Below, piece after piece: positions 13,020-28,684 of a stretch of DNA of 64,000 bases. Made by a program: the position numbers and the translations under genes. Under the pieces are notes generated by a model. The model ran no database searches. It saw only the letters and a program-made list of their open reading frames with translations, and had not been told where the DNA came from. The DNA is taken from positions 322,834,001 through 322,898,000 of the forward strand of contig OZ024740.1 in the NCBI GenBank assembly GCA_964016885.1, given 5' to 3'. The stretch's first letter is position 1; each line of letters opens with the position of its first letter. The DNA comes from Eledone cirrhosa (Eukaryota).

Positions 13020-13370
13020 GTGTTGTCCACTTGGTGTCTTTAAGGCAATAAAGCTGTGTGTGAAGGAAATTGAGAAGAAGGCCTTAGGTGCAGATAACCA
13101 CATTAATGATAAATAAATGAAAGAGTAGAAAACTAATAGGAAAGATGTGTTTCGTGGACAGCTTTCTTCTCCTCTCTTAGTGACCCCACAGCAGACACAA
13201 CAGATGAAATATGGGCTTCACTGAAAGCTGGAAGATTAAAGAGGAATCTCACAACCGTTGTACTCACTGCACAAGAAGGAGCTATTAAAATGAATTTAGT
13301 TAAAACAAACATTGCTGAAGGTCAGCTCCATAGTAAGTGTCAGATGTTTCGAGGATGGTTTAAGGAGATG
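13020..13370 (+). pseudogene. Decayed R4/Dong-like non-LTR fragment (region before the zinc knuckle)
   Basis: About 13203-13355 translates as DEIWASLKAGRLKRNLTTVVLTAQEGAIKMNLVKTNIAEGQLHSKCQM, resembling the W.WL..G.LK.ETE..I.AAQ.QAI.TN....I......KCR.C block of R4/Dong proteins. Confidence 0.55.
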
Positions 13371-13699
13371 AAAGTGTTAAAGTTGTAGTGTGTGTGAATG
13401 TAGCATGACGACTGAAATACACACACATATGAACGTAAGAAGAAATGAAGTGGGAACAACATAGAGGGAAGATAAATACAAGAGGAAGGGTGGCATGTGT
13501 GTTATGGGGTACAACAAAGTAGATGAAAGGTGATGCCAACAACAGCTGGAAGCTGTTATTTAAAAAAAAAATGACTTTTATGTTATTTTATAGAATTTCA
13601 CAGACGAAAAAATTAAAATAAAAACAACAAAACCTCTCCACCTGAATTATAAACATGGAAACTAAATATATTCTTTTATTCTTTTAGTCTCTTATTTTA

Positions 13700-14568
13700 C
13701 TTGTTTCACTAATTAGACTACGGCCATGCTGGGCACCACTTTGAAGTGATTTTGATGTGAAGGTACGTGGCATAGTGGTTAGGATCATAATGTCGTGGGT
13801 TCGTATCTTCAGCTGAAAATGAGTACCAAAAGCAACTGGGGAGTTTAACCCTGCAATGGACTGGCATCCCATCCAGGGATTTTTGTACTCCTAGTCGCTG
13901 AGCGTCAAAGAAACCGGGATAAGCACCGGCCTAATGATAGACTTTAGATATAAGTTGATTAAATCGACTCTAGTACTTGATTGGTTCTTTATTTTATAGA
14001 CCCTGCAACGGACTGGCGTCCCATCTAGCGAGAGGTTTTGTACTCTCAGTTACTCAGCACCAAAGGAATTGGTACAAGCACCGGCATAATGAGCTTCCGG
14101 GATTGAGACAGATTTTAGATTTGACTCGATTAAATCAACTCCAGTACAGTTTATTATATCGACCTCGGAAGGATGAAAAGCAAAGTTAATATCAGCCGGA
14201 TTTGAACTCAAAGAGTAAAGAGTTGGAACAGATATTAAGTATTTGTAGGACACCTTAATGATTCCTCCTCCTCCTCCTCCTCCTCCTCCTCCTCCTCCTC
14301 CTCCTCCTCCTCCTACTACTACTACTACTACTACTACTATTACTACTACTACTACTATTGGTTTTTGATTTAGGTACAAGGCCAACAATTTTGGGGAAGA
14401 AGAAAGTCGATTAAATCGACCCAGTGTGTTACTGGTACTTTATTTTATCAACCCCGTAGGGAAGAAAGGCAAAGCTGACCCTGGCTGGATTGTTGAAGGT
14501 AAAGGGCCGTAACTCTATGTCTTAAAGCATGTTGTTCGACACTCTACCGATACAACCAATCAACTACC

Positions 14569-14570
<2 letters not shown>
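13700..14570. mobile_element. Cluster of SINE fragments (families 1 and 2)
   Basis: Family-2 head and core at 13760-13950. Family-1 minus-strand copies at about 14110-14250 and 14360-14570. Confidence 0.65.
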
Positions 14571-16100
<1,530 letters not shown>

Positions 16101-16329
16101 GCAATAGAGGAATTTGCTGTACTGTATGTTTATTGGTGTGGTATATATAATTAGGGTGATTGTGGTACTTTTAGTTGTGTTTACAGTACTCTACTGTACT
16201 TGTGGGGGAGGTAGTGGTGTTAATAGGGGAGATGGTAGCAGTGATGGTAACAGTAGTGGTAGTATTAGTGGTAGTATTAGTGGTAGTATTAGTGGTAGTA
16301 AAGTTTCAGTAGTAACTGGTCAGGTATAG

Positions 16330-19300
16330 GCATGCAAATGCTTATACAAACTGACCAGGAATGTATCGAAGCTATCCCCGATATCATAGACATCGAGGAA
16401 GGACTCCAACTCCCTATAAGCGTAGAAGGAAGACGGCTAAAATATTATCTCTGTGGGTCGAAGGGTCACCTCAGGGCCTTTTGCCCGCAGAAGACAGCGA
16501 AGAAGAAGGCCCCTCTCCTTCCAATACCTGGTCCGCTGCTACCAAGAGCAGGGAAGGCAACAAACACAGAAGCCCCTTCCACGGTGAGTAGCAGGGCAAC
16601 GTCCGTGGCACCCGTACCAAGGCCACGGACAACTAAAGCAGCAGCATCAGTGACGGCAACACCAATAGCTACATTTGAAGTAGCTACACCAGCAACAAAA
16701 TTGCCCAAGAGGGCTCCACTACCACCACCAACAGCCGTGGATCACATACCCCTCCCAGACGCCACAGAATCCGATATGGAGTTTGAGGCGGGAGTGAAGT
16801 GGCAAACAGTCTGCCACAAAAAACAAAAAACAAAAAACCCTTAGATTCACCCTCCAAAAGCGAAGGCATACAAAGAGGGGTAAAGGCAGCAAGGAAACTT
16901 GCAGCAACACCACCACCATCACCACCACAAACACCAACAACGCAAACACAACAAGACACACACACCAAACAGCAACGAGAAGAAAACAGCAACAAAATCA
17001 CCCCTCCCGCCAAAAAGTATACAGCCATAAACATGGCAAAAAAAGAACTCATAAAATATATAAAGCAGCACACAAACATCACAGAAAAAAACTACTACAC
17101 CCCACCAACACAGAGAACTCTCCCGACAAACATAAGCATCATCGAAATCTCAATAGAACAGTACAAACCTTTAAAACAAAAATTCCCCAACGCAGTTGGA
17201 GACTTCAGAGGGTCGGTTACCAAGAGGATATACACTGACATCCTCTTGGAAACACCCATGACCAGCGAAAGGGACGGTTCTACTGTCCCTTCACCACACG
17301 AACAAGGTAAGAGACCCTTTCTCACTTGCCCCGTTTCTAATCCAACATGGATGTACTCAGAATAGGCAGTATAAATGCACGTGGCCTGGGGTCATCTTGG
17401 AAGCAGGGTCACCTGCTCAATGACCTCAGGTCACTAAACATAGATGTGGTGGCCATCAGTGAAACCAGAATCTCCGAAGCACAAGCCTTCGCACCGATCT
17501 TCGGCGGCTACGATGTATACACATCTCCCAGCCATCCAGGATCGGGGGGAGGGGTTGCCGTCGTTTTTCGGAGAGGCTTGGATCTCGCGATACGGGCCAT
17601 CTTCCTGGACCCAGAAGGTAAGTCGGTGGTGCTGGACGTGACCGGCAGTGAAGGCAATGCTTTCAGGCTAGTAGCCGTCTACGCCCCAACAGGGGCAGGA
17701 CGGCCAGATTTCTTCAGACGTCTAGAGACCTTTCTTGGAACGTCCCGCTCTTTAGTGTTAGTGGGCGACTGGAACGGTATCTTGGATGCACGCTGGGATT
17801 GTGTGGGGCTAGTGGATAGGGGAGGAGGGTGCAAGAGCTTCACCAACCTGCTCAGACGTTTTGAACTGTCTGACAGGTATCGACTGGATCACCCGAATGT
17901 GCCAATGTGGACATGGACAAACCCCATCGGGTCATCCAGATCGTATCTCGATAGGGTATTCTGCAGGGAACTAGATAAGGCTAGTATAAGTTGTCCACAA
18001 TTTAAAATAGTCGACTACACAGACCACAAATTTGTGATCTGTGAGATCGACATAGACAGACTTCATAGACAAGGGCCTGGTTACTGGAAGCTGAACGCGT
18101 CTTTCCCGGCGCGCAAAGCCTACAGAGACCGGATTAGCGCATTAGTTAAGCGAGCGTTGACGGGAGCGGTCGTCAACAACAGGTGGTGGTTCGCCCTGAA
18201 AAGGGCAATTAAAATAGAGTCGATTAGGTTTAGTAAAGGAATAGTGATAGAGGAAAATAGAGTAGAGGGAGAGCTAGTCAGAAAGCTAGAAGAGGCGTTT
18301 AGGACAGGCATCGCAACCGACGTGCTTGCGGCTAGATTGGCACTCGACCAATTCTTCAACGCAAAACACGAAGGCTGCGTTGTCAGAGCTAGAGCGCGTG
18401 CTGAAACACGAGGGGACAAAAGCCGTCCAATGGGCCCGGGTGGCAGAGGCGCGACGTGGCAACAAAGCCACAATTCGGTCTTTGTCTGACCAAAACGGGT
18501 GCGTGATGCTCGAACCCGAGCGGATGTGTGAAGCTTTTCAGCAGCTCTTTGCTGAACTGTTCGGGAGCGGCGGCGGCCCGGATCGGGGCATGGACTTCAG
18601 TGCATACCTCGACGGACTGCCTCGGCTCTTGATGACCGCAGCACAGTGTTGCGAAAAGCCAATAACAGCCGGTGAAATACGGGAAGCGATGGCTAACTGC
18701 ACAAGGGGTAAATCGCCAGGTTTAGATGGTCTGCCCTACAAGCTTTATGCATTTATGCCAGACTTGTTCGGTGACCTCTTGGCAGACGTCTACTGCAACT
18801 GGCAGCAGAATGAGAGCATTCCCAGTTTTGTGAGCCGGGGAGCAGTGGCGCTGCTGAGAAAAGACCCGAACAAGGGGGATGTTATCGATAATTTCAGGCC
18901 CATAACCCTGCTAAACGCAGAGTTCAAGATTTTGGCCTAGGTGTTAGCAACGAGGTTGGCGCTTGTCAAGGGTCTGGTGGGAGAGGCGCAGACATGCGCC
19001 ATCCCGGACAGATCCATACACGACAACCTCCACCTCATGCGATACATCATAGAGAGGGTGGTTAAGGAACCTGGCAAGGGTGGGGCCCTGATCAATTTGG
19101 ATCAATCCAAAGCATTCGATAGGGTCGAGAATCGGTACCTGGCGGCGGTTCTCGAGGCAGCCGGTTTCGGGCCCGTTTTCAGGGGTTGGATCGCAGCAAT
19201 GTACAGCGACATCTGCTCAGTTGTGAGGGTGAACGGTCACCTGTCGTAGCCGTTCAGCATCATGCGCTCAGTCCGCCAGGGTTGTCCCCTCTCGTCCCTC

Positions 19301-20010
19301 TTGTACGTATTGGCTTTCGAGCCGTTACTGCACAAACTTGGGGCGATGAGGGGCATCCCACGCGAACTAGTATGCGGGAAATCCGAGTCGGCTTACGCTG
19401 ACGACGTCACCGTGGTGGTGTCGAGCACCAGACACGTCTAGATGCTCGGCACCGCTCTCAAGGAATACGAAGCGGTGACAGGAGCAAAGATAAACCAGGA
19501 AAAGTCGGTGGGCTTGCAGCTCGGCACCTGGAGAGGCAAGTCCATGCCGTCCGACAGCATCGTGGGGCGTTGGACGGACGGACCGGTTAAATTGCTCGGG
19601 GTCTGGTTCGGACCGGACCTCCAGATGGAGAAAAACTGGAACGAGGTGACGAGCAGGGTGGCCTCCCTCACCCAGAAATGGGCTGAGAGGAAGCTGTCCC
19701 TGAAAGGCCGGGCGGAGGTGGCGAATGCGTACATCGCATCCGTCATCTGCTACCGCCTCACCGTCGTCCCTTGCTCCAGCCCAACTCTCACTAAAATGGA
19801 GCGCCACCTCTTCCGCTTTTTGTGGAAGGGACGCGCTCCCATGGTCAGACGATCCATCTGCTGTCAACACCCGTTGCGTGGAGGACTGGGCATGCCATGG
19901 CTGATGATGCGCAAACATGCGGTGGGGCTGCGACATCTCTGGTGCTTCCTTGATGGTGAACGAGTGTGGTCGCCGTTCGCCAGGCACGTTTTCCCACAGC
20001 TCGTCTCCGG
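16330..20010 (+). mobile_element. L1/Tx1-like LINE, truncated at both ends and disrupted (ORF1 C-terminus + ORF2 APE-RT)
   Basis: ORF1 knuckle YYLCGSKGHLRAFC. ORF2 from 17347 has SINARGL, ISET, VYAPT, GDWN, SYLDR, TDHK, GPGYWKLN, KSPGLDGL, FRPITLLN, LDQSKAFDRV, QGCPLS (19277) and AYADD (19391). Frameshift near 18410 and several stops. Confidence 0.92.
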
Positions 20011-20268
<258 letters not shown>

Positions 20269-20425
20269 GCGGTAAAAACTTAAAACCAAAACTGAATACT
20301 AACCAATACTATTACTAATTTTTACTTATTCCTAATTAAACTATTTTTCACTGGGAACAATTTGTCAGCATTTTCTTTTCCGTTTACCAATATATCATAA
20401 CTCGTGTGTTACACCTCTATTCTTT

Positions 20426-20482
<57 letters not shown>

Positions 20483-20616
20483 CAATATAAACATGGCGGT
20501 CGTTTCCAAATTCTGTTTCCGTCTTTTAAGGGCCTTTACCCTATTTTTATTTATAAGTTATCTTTATATCATTTCTGCGCCTGAGTACATTCTTTATACT
20601 TACACACACACACACA

Positions 20617-20710
<94 letters not shown>

Positions 20711-21025
20711 CATATACACATTGCGTATGTGTGTGTGCATTGCACCTGTTAGTTAACGGTGACAACTGAATCCAAACCAGTGAATTGTAAAATAGGTGAA
20801 TATATGACATTAAAAGGACAATTATGTCCATACTTACCTGTATATAGACACCTGCAATCATTACTTACCTATATATATACCCACCTGCAATGATTGTCCT
20901 GAAATTTAGGAGGTAGTTATATACCTGTTGAAGGGTATAGTGTAACACTTTTTTATAATTGATTGATTATATATTCCTCCCCCTGAATCCCCCCACCTAC
21001 ATTAGCTCTATGTATATACTCTATG

Positions 21026-21057
<32 letters not shown>

Positions 21058-21060
21058 TGT

Positions 21061-21427
21061 TATTATCTCTTTCTCTTAATTTCGAGTATATTTTTTTGAC
21101 CGGCCACCTTCCTGGTGGCAAGGTTGTAAAAGAAAAGAAATTGTCATACCTTGAATCGCAAGAATCTTTTGCAAATTTTGAAGGTGCCAGCTATCGCAGC
21201 CATTTGTAGACTATAAATTAGGGAGCTGCGCTTTTTGTCCGCAAATCCAAGTTCAGTCATACTTTGGTCCAAACGGGTTGGTATATAACCCGTAGCTCCA
21301 ATAATGATGGGTATGAAGCTAAAGGTGTATCTTGGATACTGGATTTGTAAACTCCTCATCAATGGTCCGTAGATGTCCTCCTTCTCCTGTATTTTTCTGA
21401 CAACGTTTACATCAAGTGGGCAGCTGA
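21061..21427 (-). mobile_element. 5'-truncated R4/Dong-like element (restriction-like endonuclease C-terminus + 3'UTR) in (ATAC)n
   Basis: SCPLDVNVVRKIQEKEDIYGPL...IPIIIGATG matches the RLE C-terminal motif. (TATG)n lies on both sides. Confidence 0.75.
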
Positions 21428-21702
21428 TGTATGTATGTATGTATGTATGTATGTATGTATGTATGTATGTATGTATGTATGTATGTATGTATGTATGTCT
21501 ATGTGTGTGTGTGTATGTAATGTATGTAATGTATGTAATGTATGTAAGCATATAGGTATGTACGTACGTATGTGTGTATTTATGTATGTATGTATGTATG
21601 TATGTATGTATGTATGTATGTATGTATGTATGTATGTATACATGTGTGTGTATGTATATATATATGTATATATAGATATAGATATATTTAATACGCACTC
21701 AC

Positions 21703-21742
<40 letters not shown>

Positions 21743-22328
21743 AGGAGTTGACGGACCCAACATATTTATCATTTCTGCGCCTGAGCACCTCCTTTATACT
21801 TATATACACACACACACACACACGCACATACATGTATATATATATATACACATACACATACACGCACATACGTAAACAGACACCTAGTTCTACCACTTCG
21901 CTCCCATCTCTCTCTCCCTCTTATTCCCTCATTCACTATATATACATACAAACAAACACACACACACACACGCACTCACACATACATATATATATATATA
22001 TAGACATATATATTAATAAATATACATATATATACATATATTTATATTGTAATAGATCTCGATACAGTTTGCCTGTTGAATAAATATATATAAAGCGGTA
22101 TTACTATATATTTAGTGTCGCTGTTAAATTAGGTTCCCTAGGGGCCCATGAAGTCCCTTTTAAGGCAACAGTTCGACCCCCTGGGATTTTTGAATTGACT
22201 TAATAATGCATTGTAACTTAAAAGTCCATGATGATCTGCTCATCTCTTATTCCCAGTCCTAACTTGTCAATAGTCCCCCATATGGCCTAATTTCACACTG
22301 GGACTAAATAAATAAAACATAACTCACT

Positions 22329-22476
<148 letters not shown>

Positions 22477-22834
22477 GATTCTCGATAATATATATATATA
22501 TATATATAATTGAAGTATTTCCGTAGGAAAGGTAAAGAAAAGACAGTGCTCTATGTAGGCTCGTGTATGTGCATGTGTGCATGTGTGCGCATGTGTGAGT
22601 GTAAGAACGCATGTATATGTTTTTGTTTGTATTTGCATGTAGGCGCACATATAATTATGTGTGAACGTAATAGTTTACGTATATGCGAGAGTTTGTGCTT
22701 GTATATGTATTTGTATATATACATATACATTTTTTTTTCTTTGCATTTTGTCCGCTATTTTATGTCAGCCTCGCTTTCATTTATCCTAGACTCTGTTTTG
22801 AAACCATATCTCACTTCCATTTTAATAAAATTCA

Positions 22835-22907
22835 TTTCATTCTGACGATTGAAGGCAGACGTATGTGCCAAGCTCGTCTGACTTCGTGAAACTTTGGGTA
22901 AATGAAA
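22835..22907 (+). ncRNA. Type I hammerhead ribozyme
   Basis: Stem I TTTCATT/AATGAAA, CTGACGA 22842-22848, stem II TGAAG..CAGACG/CGTCTG..CTTCG with a basal mismatch, GAAA 22888-22891, CTTTGG, GUA site. (TA)n lies about 40 nt downstream. Confidence 0.7.
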
Positions 22908-22960
22908 TAATTATCTTATGTTGTTTATTACATAAATATGTATATATATATACGTATATA

Positions 22961-23023
<63 letters not shown>

Positions 23024-23094
23024 CAACCTCCCAAATGCAAGGTGATTGAAAGGTATGTCGTATCTATTTATTTATAAGACTGTTTATATTGTAT

Positions 23095-23154
23095 TTTGTC
23101 TGAAGAAGGCATAACATATTGTTAATATGATATCCCTGAAATATATATAACGAA
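23095..23154 (+). ncRNA. Type I hammerhead ribozyme, intact core
   Basis: TTTGT-CTGAAGA-AGG...CCT-GAAA-TATATA-TA-ACGAA. It lies between two (TA)n tracts. Confidence 0.75.
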
Positions 23155-23537
23155 TTAAATATGGTTTTATAAATATAGTTTCCATTTATTTAATATCATA
23201 TATATATATATATATATATTCATACATACATACATATATCTACATACATATATATCAATATGCAAATACATACACATATGCACACACACACACACATACA
23301 CACATATATAGATATATATAGATATAGATATTTTGTTATATACCTATGCATGTAAATTCATACGCAGATAAATATTTAAGTACCAATAACACTAACACTA
23401 ACACAACTTGATCCAAAATTAAGGCACATATGAACCCAAATGCGACACGTTTACGTATGGTAAACATAATCGCCTTTATTGTACATAAGTATATGGGTTC
23501 ATATAAGCCTTTATACACACAGACACACACGCACACA

Positions 23538-23740
<203 letters not shown>

Positions 23741-23789
23741 ATATATATGAAATATAAAACAATCAAATTTATGCTCAATACATTTAATT

Positions 23790-23834
23790 GCTGACGATCG
23801 TTTCTTCCAGATAATTGTCTGTGTTCTTCGGAGC
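23790..23834 (-). ncRNA. Degenerate hammerhead (CCGAAGA core)
   Basis: Minus strand: GCT-CCGAAGA-..CAGA caatta TCTG..-GAAA-CGATCG-TC-AGC. Confidence 0.45.
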
Positions 23835-24062
23835 TTACACAATGTTTAAACAAGTAATTACATTCCTAGTCTTTAGAACATTAATTAAGATACAATAGTA
23901 TGAAGAGTGTCAGTGACATCATATTGAAAAGCAAGAGTGACAAAATGATATTATAGTAAACAGATAGCAAAATATTAGGAGCTGTTGTGAAGGGGTTATT
24001 ACATAAAGTGATAATAGCGAGCATATTATATAGAAAGTTATTCATAAAGGTAATAGAGGTGC

Positions 24063-24154
<92 letters not shown>

Positions 24155-24350
24155 CAAGTTATCGTTATAGGTAATCCAGTTAAAGGTTGTGAGTACTCTG
24201 TATTGTGGATAGTTTTGACGTACTGTATTTAAGGTCGAGTGACGCAACTTCGAGTGATTAGCGGCCTTTAGACTCACCTGATCAATGAAACAATTGTTAA
24301 TACTTGAAATAAAACCTCTTGTACAGCCGACCATGTTATTCTTCAATCTT

Positions 24351-24440
<90 letters not shown>

Positions 24441-24443
<3 letters not shown>

Positions 24444-24665
24444 CGAAGGAAATGTGGTAAGGAACCAGGTGGACCATAACGCACCAGAGTACTCAATACT
24501 TAGGGTAGTAGAGTGGGTAATAGGAAAATGTTTGAGCCCGACGGCAGAGCTCAAGCCGTTCCGACGGCTATTTCTGGACTACTTATTTACCACGCTAAAA
24601 ATGTTAATTTAGTCCAGAAATAGCCGTCGAAACGGCTTGAGCTCTGCCGTCGGAATCAAACATTT

Positions 24666-24670
<5 letters not shown>
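24441..24670 (-). mobile_element. Fold-back mini-element, family B (3' half of a hammerhead), between (TA)n tracts
   Basis: Arms 24521-24581 and 24610-24670. Contains GAAA-CGGC ttgagctct GCCG-TC. Related copies at 24900-25130, 37745-37785 and 40793-40980. Confidence 0.75.
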
Positions 24671-24717
<47 letters not shown>

Positions 24718-24899
24718 GTAAGCACACACATCCATTCATACATATATGTATCAATGAAAATCAATCAAGTTCCCGTAACCGATGCAGCCTATCTATGTGG
24801 TGCCACTCGAGACGTTTGTTTGTTTGTCCATCGTTACATTCCAGTAGGCCGTAGAAATACTTGGTGGTGGCCATTTCCTCTCGAAGCATGTATACCATG

Positions 24900-25020
24900 T
24901 GGACCATAACGCACCAGAGTACGCGATACTTCGGGTAGTAAAGTGGGTAATAGGAAAAGAGTCAGGACCCCGACGGCTGAGCTCCGGCCGTTTCGACAGC
25001 TAGATCCGATCAAGCTGAAT

Positions 25021-25055
<35 letters not shown>

Positions 25056-25130
25056 GTGTGTGTGTGTGTGTATGTCTGGAACTAGCTGTTGAAACGGCAT
25101 GAACTCAGCCTTCGGGTTCCGACTTTCTCT
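24900..25130. mobile_element. Diverged family-B fold-back copy
   Basis: Shares ACCATAACGCACCAGAGTAC...GGGTAATAGGAAAA..CCCGACGGC with the 24441 copy. A partial inverted copy lies at 25075-25130. Confidence 0.65.
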
Positions 25131-25203
25131 ATATATTATATATACATATATATATATATATAGACGAGTGTATCCTGGGTTCAATCGGGGGTAAGCACAG
25201 TAA

Positions 25204-25340
<137 letters not shown>

Positions 25341-25386
25341 ATAGCTTTCACCGTATTTTTGACTAAAGGAAGTTTAGCCTGATAAT

Positions 25387-25484
25387 GGGGTTTAGAACCC
25401 TCAGATAAATGGAAAAAGATGAGTATTGACGTACATGTACGTCAATACTCATCTTTTTCCATTTATCTGAGGGTTCTAAACCCC
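25387..25484. repeat. 98-bp perfect spacerless palindrome
   Basis: GGGGTTTAGAACCC...GACGTACA|TGTACGTC...GGGTTCTAAACCCC, with the centre between 25435 and 25436. Confidence 0.95.
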
Positions 25485-25535
25485 TATTCTATTTTCTAAT
25501 TTCAAACCTGCTCACTGTTTCAAAACATACTTACT

Positions 25536-25690
<155 letters not shown>

Positions 25691-26049
25691 TCTCTCTTTA
25701 TTTGAACTTCTCGACATCTCTAACTTTGGATGATCACGGCTCCAAGTTTTCAGATTATTTGTCTGCTCTACTTTGCTAAATAACAGGAACAACAACACCA
25801 ACAACTATATCAATGTTAATTTTTAATTACCATAGATCATTCGACCAAAACCGACCAGATGTTTTCTAATCTATAAAAGTTGTAAGTGACAGAAAATCAG
25901 TTTTAGATATTAATCAGAGAATTGTCTGTGTTTCATTTGTTTAGAAATGCTGTGGTGTTAATGATGCTAATGATTCCACTGCTGGTAATTATCTGTAAAG
26001 CTGTGAGCACAAAGAACTAATCAAGAATAAATGTAATTATACTTTAATT

Positions 26050-27080
26050 CTATCAAGCACACCAAAAACCAAGATCGTATGATACTCCCAAACACCGCCC
26101 TTGTTTAACCTCGCATTTTATTGACCGTGCTGACAATCTAGAACGTATTACACCCTGATATAACCAAAATCGTATAATATTCCAAAACACGACCCTCGTT
26201 ATATCCACATTATATTGACTGTGCTGACAATTGGAACGTATTACACCCTGAGATAACTAAGAATGAATGTAATTATGGTTGTATTCTATTAGTTATATCA
26301 ACAACCAAAATCTTATGATACCCTGTTCCTCCTCACGTTCTATGAACTACAACAACAACAACAAAGATCTAGTACCGAGAACACTCACTGCCCATGCTAC
26401 CATCTCATTCTATCTACCACACTCACAGCCAGGGTTACATGGTATCTACAACCCCAGCCGTCCCAACCCCACATTCTATAGACCATATATCAATAACGGA
26501 GATCCTATGATACTCTGATCGCCACTCTTGGTTACTCCACGTTTTATCTATCAACCACGCTAACAATCCAGAATTTCCTTTATCTTGAATGCCACCCTTG
26601 CTCACCCTGATTCATCTAAGAATATAACAACGAATGTGATTATTGTTATGTTTTATCAACCATACCACTAATTGATGTTGCGGTATCCAGAACATTACCC
26701 TTGTTCATTCCATATTCTTTACACCAAACCAACAAACCAGACACCAAACTTGCTAACTCCACTTTCTATCAACCATTCGAAAAACCAAGATCTGATGACA
26801 CCCTAAAGACTGATCTTGCTCACCCCACGTTTTATGCACTACATCAACAACCCAGGACACTCGGCACCCAGAATAGCACTCTTGTTCATTCCACATTCTT
26901 TTCACCAAACCAGCAAACCAGACAACAACCTTGCTAACTCCACGTTCTATCAACCATACCAACAACCAAGATCCTATGACACTCTAAATACTGTTGTTGT
27001 TCACTCTATTTTCTATACACCCTAACAACCACATAGGTCTTATGGAACCACGAACACCACTCTTGACTACCCAATGTTCT
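26050..27080. repeat. Diverged tandem repeat
   Basis: CAACCAAGATCCTATGA/CTTGCTAACTCCAC.TTCTATCAACC motifs recur. Near-duplicates lie at about 26700-26800 and 26880-26985. Confidence 0.6.
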
Positions 27081-27132
27081 ACTAAAGAAAACCAACTGGA
27101 TATAATATAACGTTGATAATGTTTGTTGTTTA

Positions 27133-27182
<50 letters not shown>

Positions 27183-27185
<3 letters not shown>

Positions 27186-27371
27186 TGTTTCTACGTTAGG
27201 CACAAGGCCAGCAATTACCCAGTGTATTACTGGTACTTTATTTTATCGACCCCGTAAGGATGAAAGGCAAAGTTAACCTCGGCGGGATTTGAACTCAGAA
27301 TGGCAAGGGCCGTAACTCTATGCGTCAAAGCATGGCATCGACACTCTAGCAATACTGCCAATCCACTGCCA
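27183..27371 (-). mobile_element. SINE family 1 with (TTA)n tail
   Basis: Full-length match to the family consensus seen at 2081. Confidence 0.85.
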
Positions 27372-28684
27372 ATAATGAAAATTATTGTTTACAGTGCTAG
27401 GTCTGCCCTGATTCTGCAGATATATAATTAAATGCACGCATGTCATGACTAGCCCATCTTTATACCAGATCTAGGTTATCTAGGGTTATATTATAATGTG
27501 TATGTCCTTCCTTTTAAATACATTATCATGTGAACCAAAAGAGATTTTACTGCTATTTCTAGGATATAATGAGGTCATATAAAAGCTTTCAATATCTCGT
27601 TGCCTTCAATGCCGTAATGAACCGTGAAACGCTTGCGCAACAAGGTGATGAACAATATTATGTAATAATGCACAATTAAAAGCATAATGGAGTGCAATGA
27701 CATACAATAGGGCACATACAAGTGCAGTTAAATACTATGAAGTGCAGTGAAATTCAGTGAGTTGCAGTGAAGTGCAAAGAGTTGGGGAGGGGTATGGTTC
27801 GTTTCAGTGAATGCAATATGGCGCAACAGACAGCAGTAAACTGCAGTGAAATGCAACGAATTGCTGTCAAGTGTGGTGAGGTGCAGTAGATGTAATGTGA
27901 TGCAGTGGGATGCAGTGATATGCAGTGAACATTCGGTAAATTGCAGTGAAATGCAACGAGATGTGGTGGGGTGCAATAGAGTGTGACATGGAACTGCAGA
28001 GAAAGGCAATGAAGTGTGGCATGAGGCAATGGGGTACGAAGGAGTAGAATATGATACAACAACATGCACTTCAGAGAAATGCAGTGAAGTGTTATGAGAT
28101 GCAATGACGTGTGGTGGGTTGCAATGGGTGCAAAATGGTGCATCTGAATGCAATGAACTGCAGAGAAATGGAATGAAGCGCGATCGGATGCATTGGAATG
28201 TGGTAGGGGCAATGGATTACTTGTACTAGTTTAACAATCAGCAAGAGAAATAATGTAGTCTTCAATACGAACTTCGCTTTCCAATCACAAGGCCCTGGAT
28301 TTTAAACATATTTGTTCTCGTAAATAGTTATTTCTACAAAGTTATTCACTTATTTATTTAAAGGCATGAGGCTTTGTCGTTACAGTGCTAGGTTTATAAT
28401 GGTGAGGTTGTGAGTTCGACTCCGGGACTGGCGGTTCGTTGTTATTGAGTAAAACACTTTATTTCACGTTGCTACAATTCACTCAGCTTGGGAAAACTGA
28501 GTTGCAACGCATCAGCCTTTGCTTTTCGTTTGGGCAACATAGACTGGGATGTATGAACGACTGCAAGTCTTCCACAAAACAACTTGCTCGGGCTTGTACC
28601 TCAGAAGGGAACTTTCTAGGTACAAAACCCATATTCATTCGTGACATTTAATCTTCTTTTAAGTCATACATATATACTAAACAT

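Noticed and set aside
16799-17365. Separate gene between ORF1 and ORF2
   Set aside because: It is most simply the frameshifted, low-complexity continuation of LINE ORF1.
25370-25420. Hammerhead at CTGATAA next to the palindrome
   Set aside because: The core is mutated, with no properly placed GAAA or stem I.
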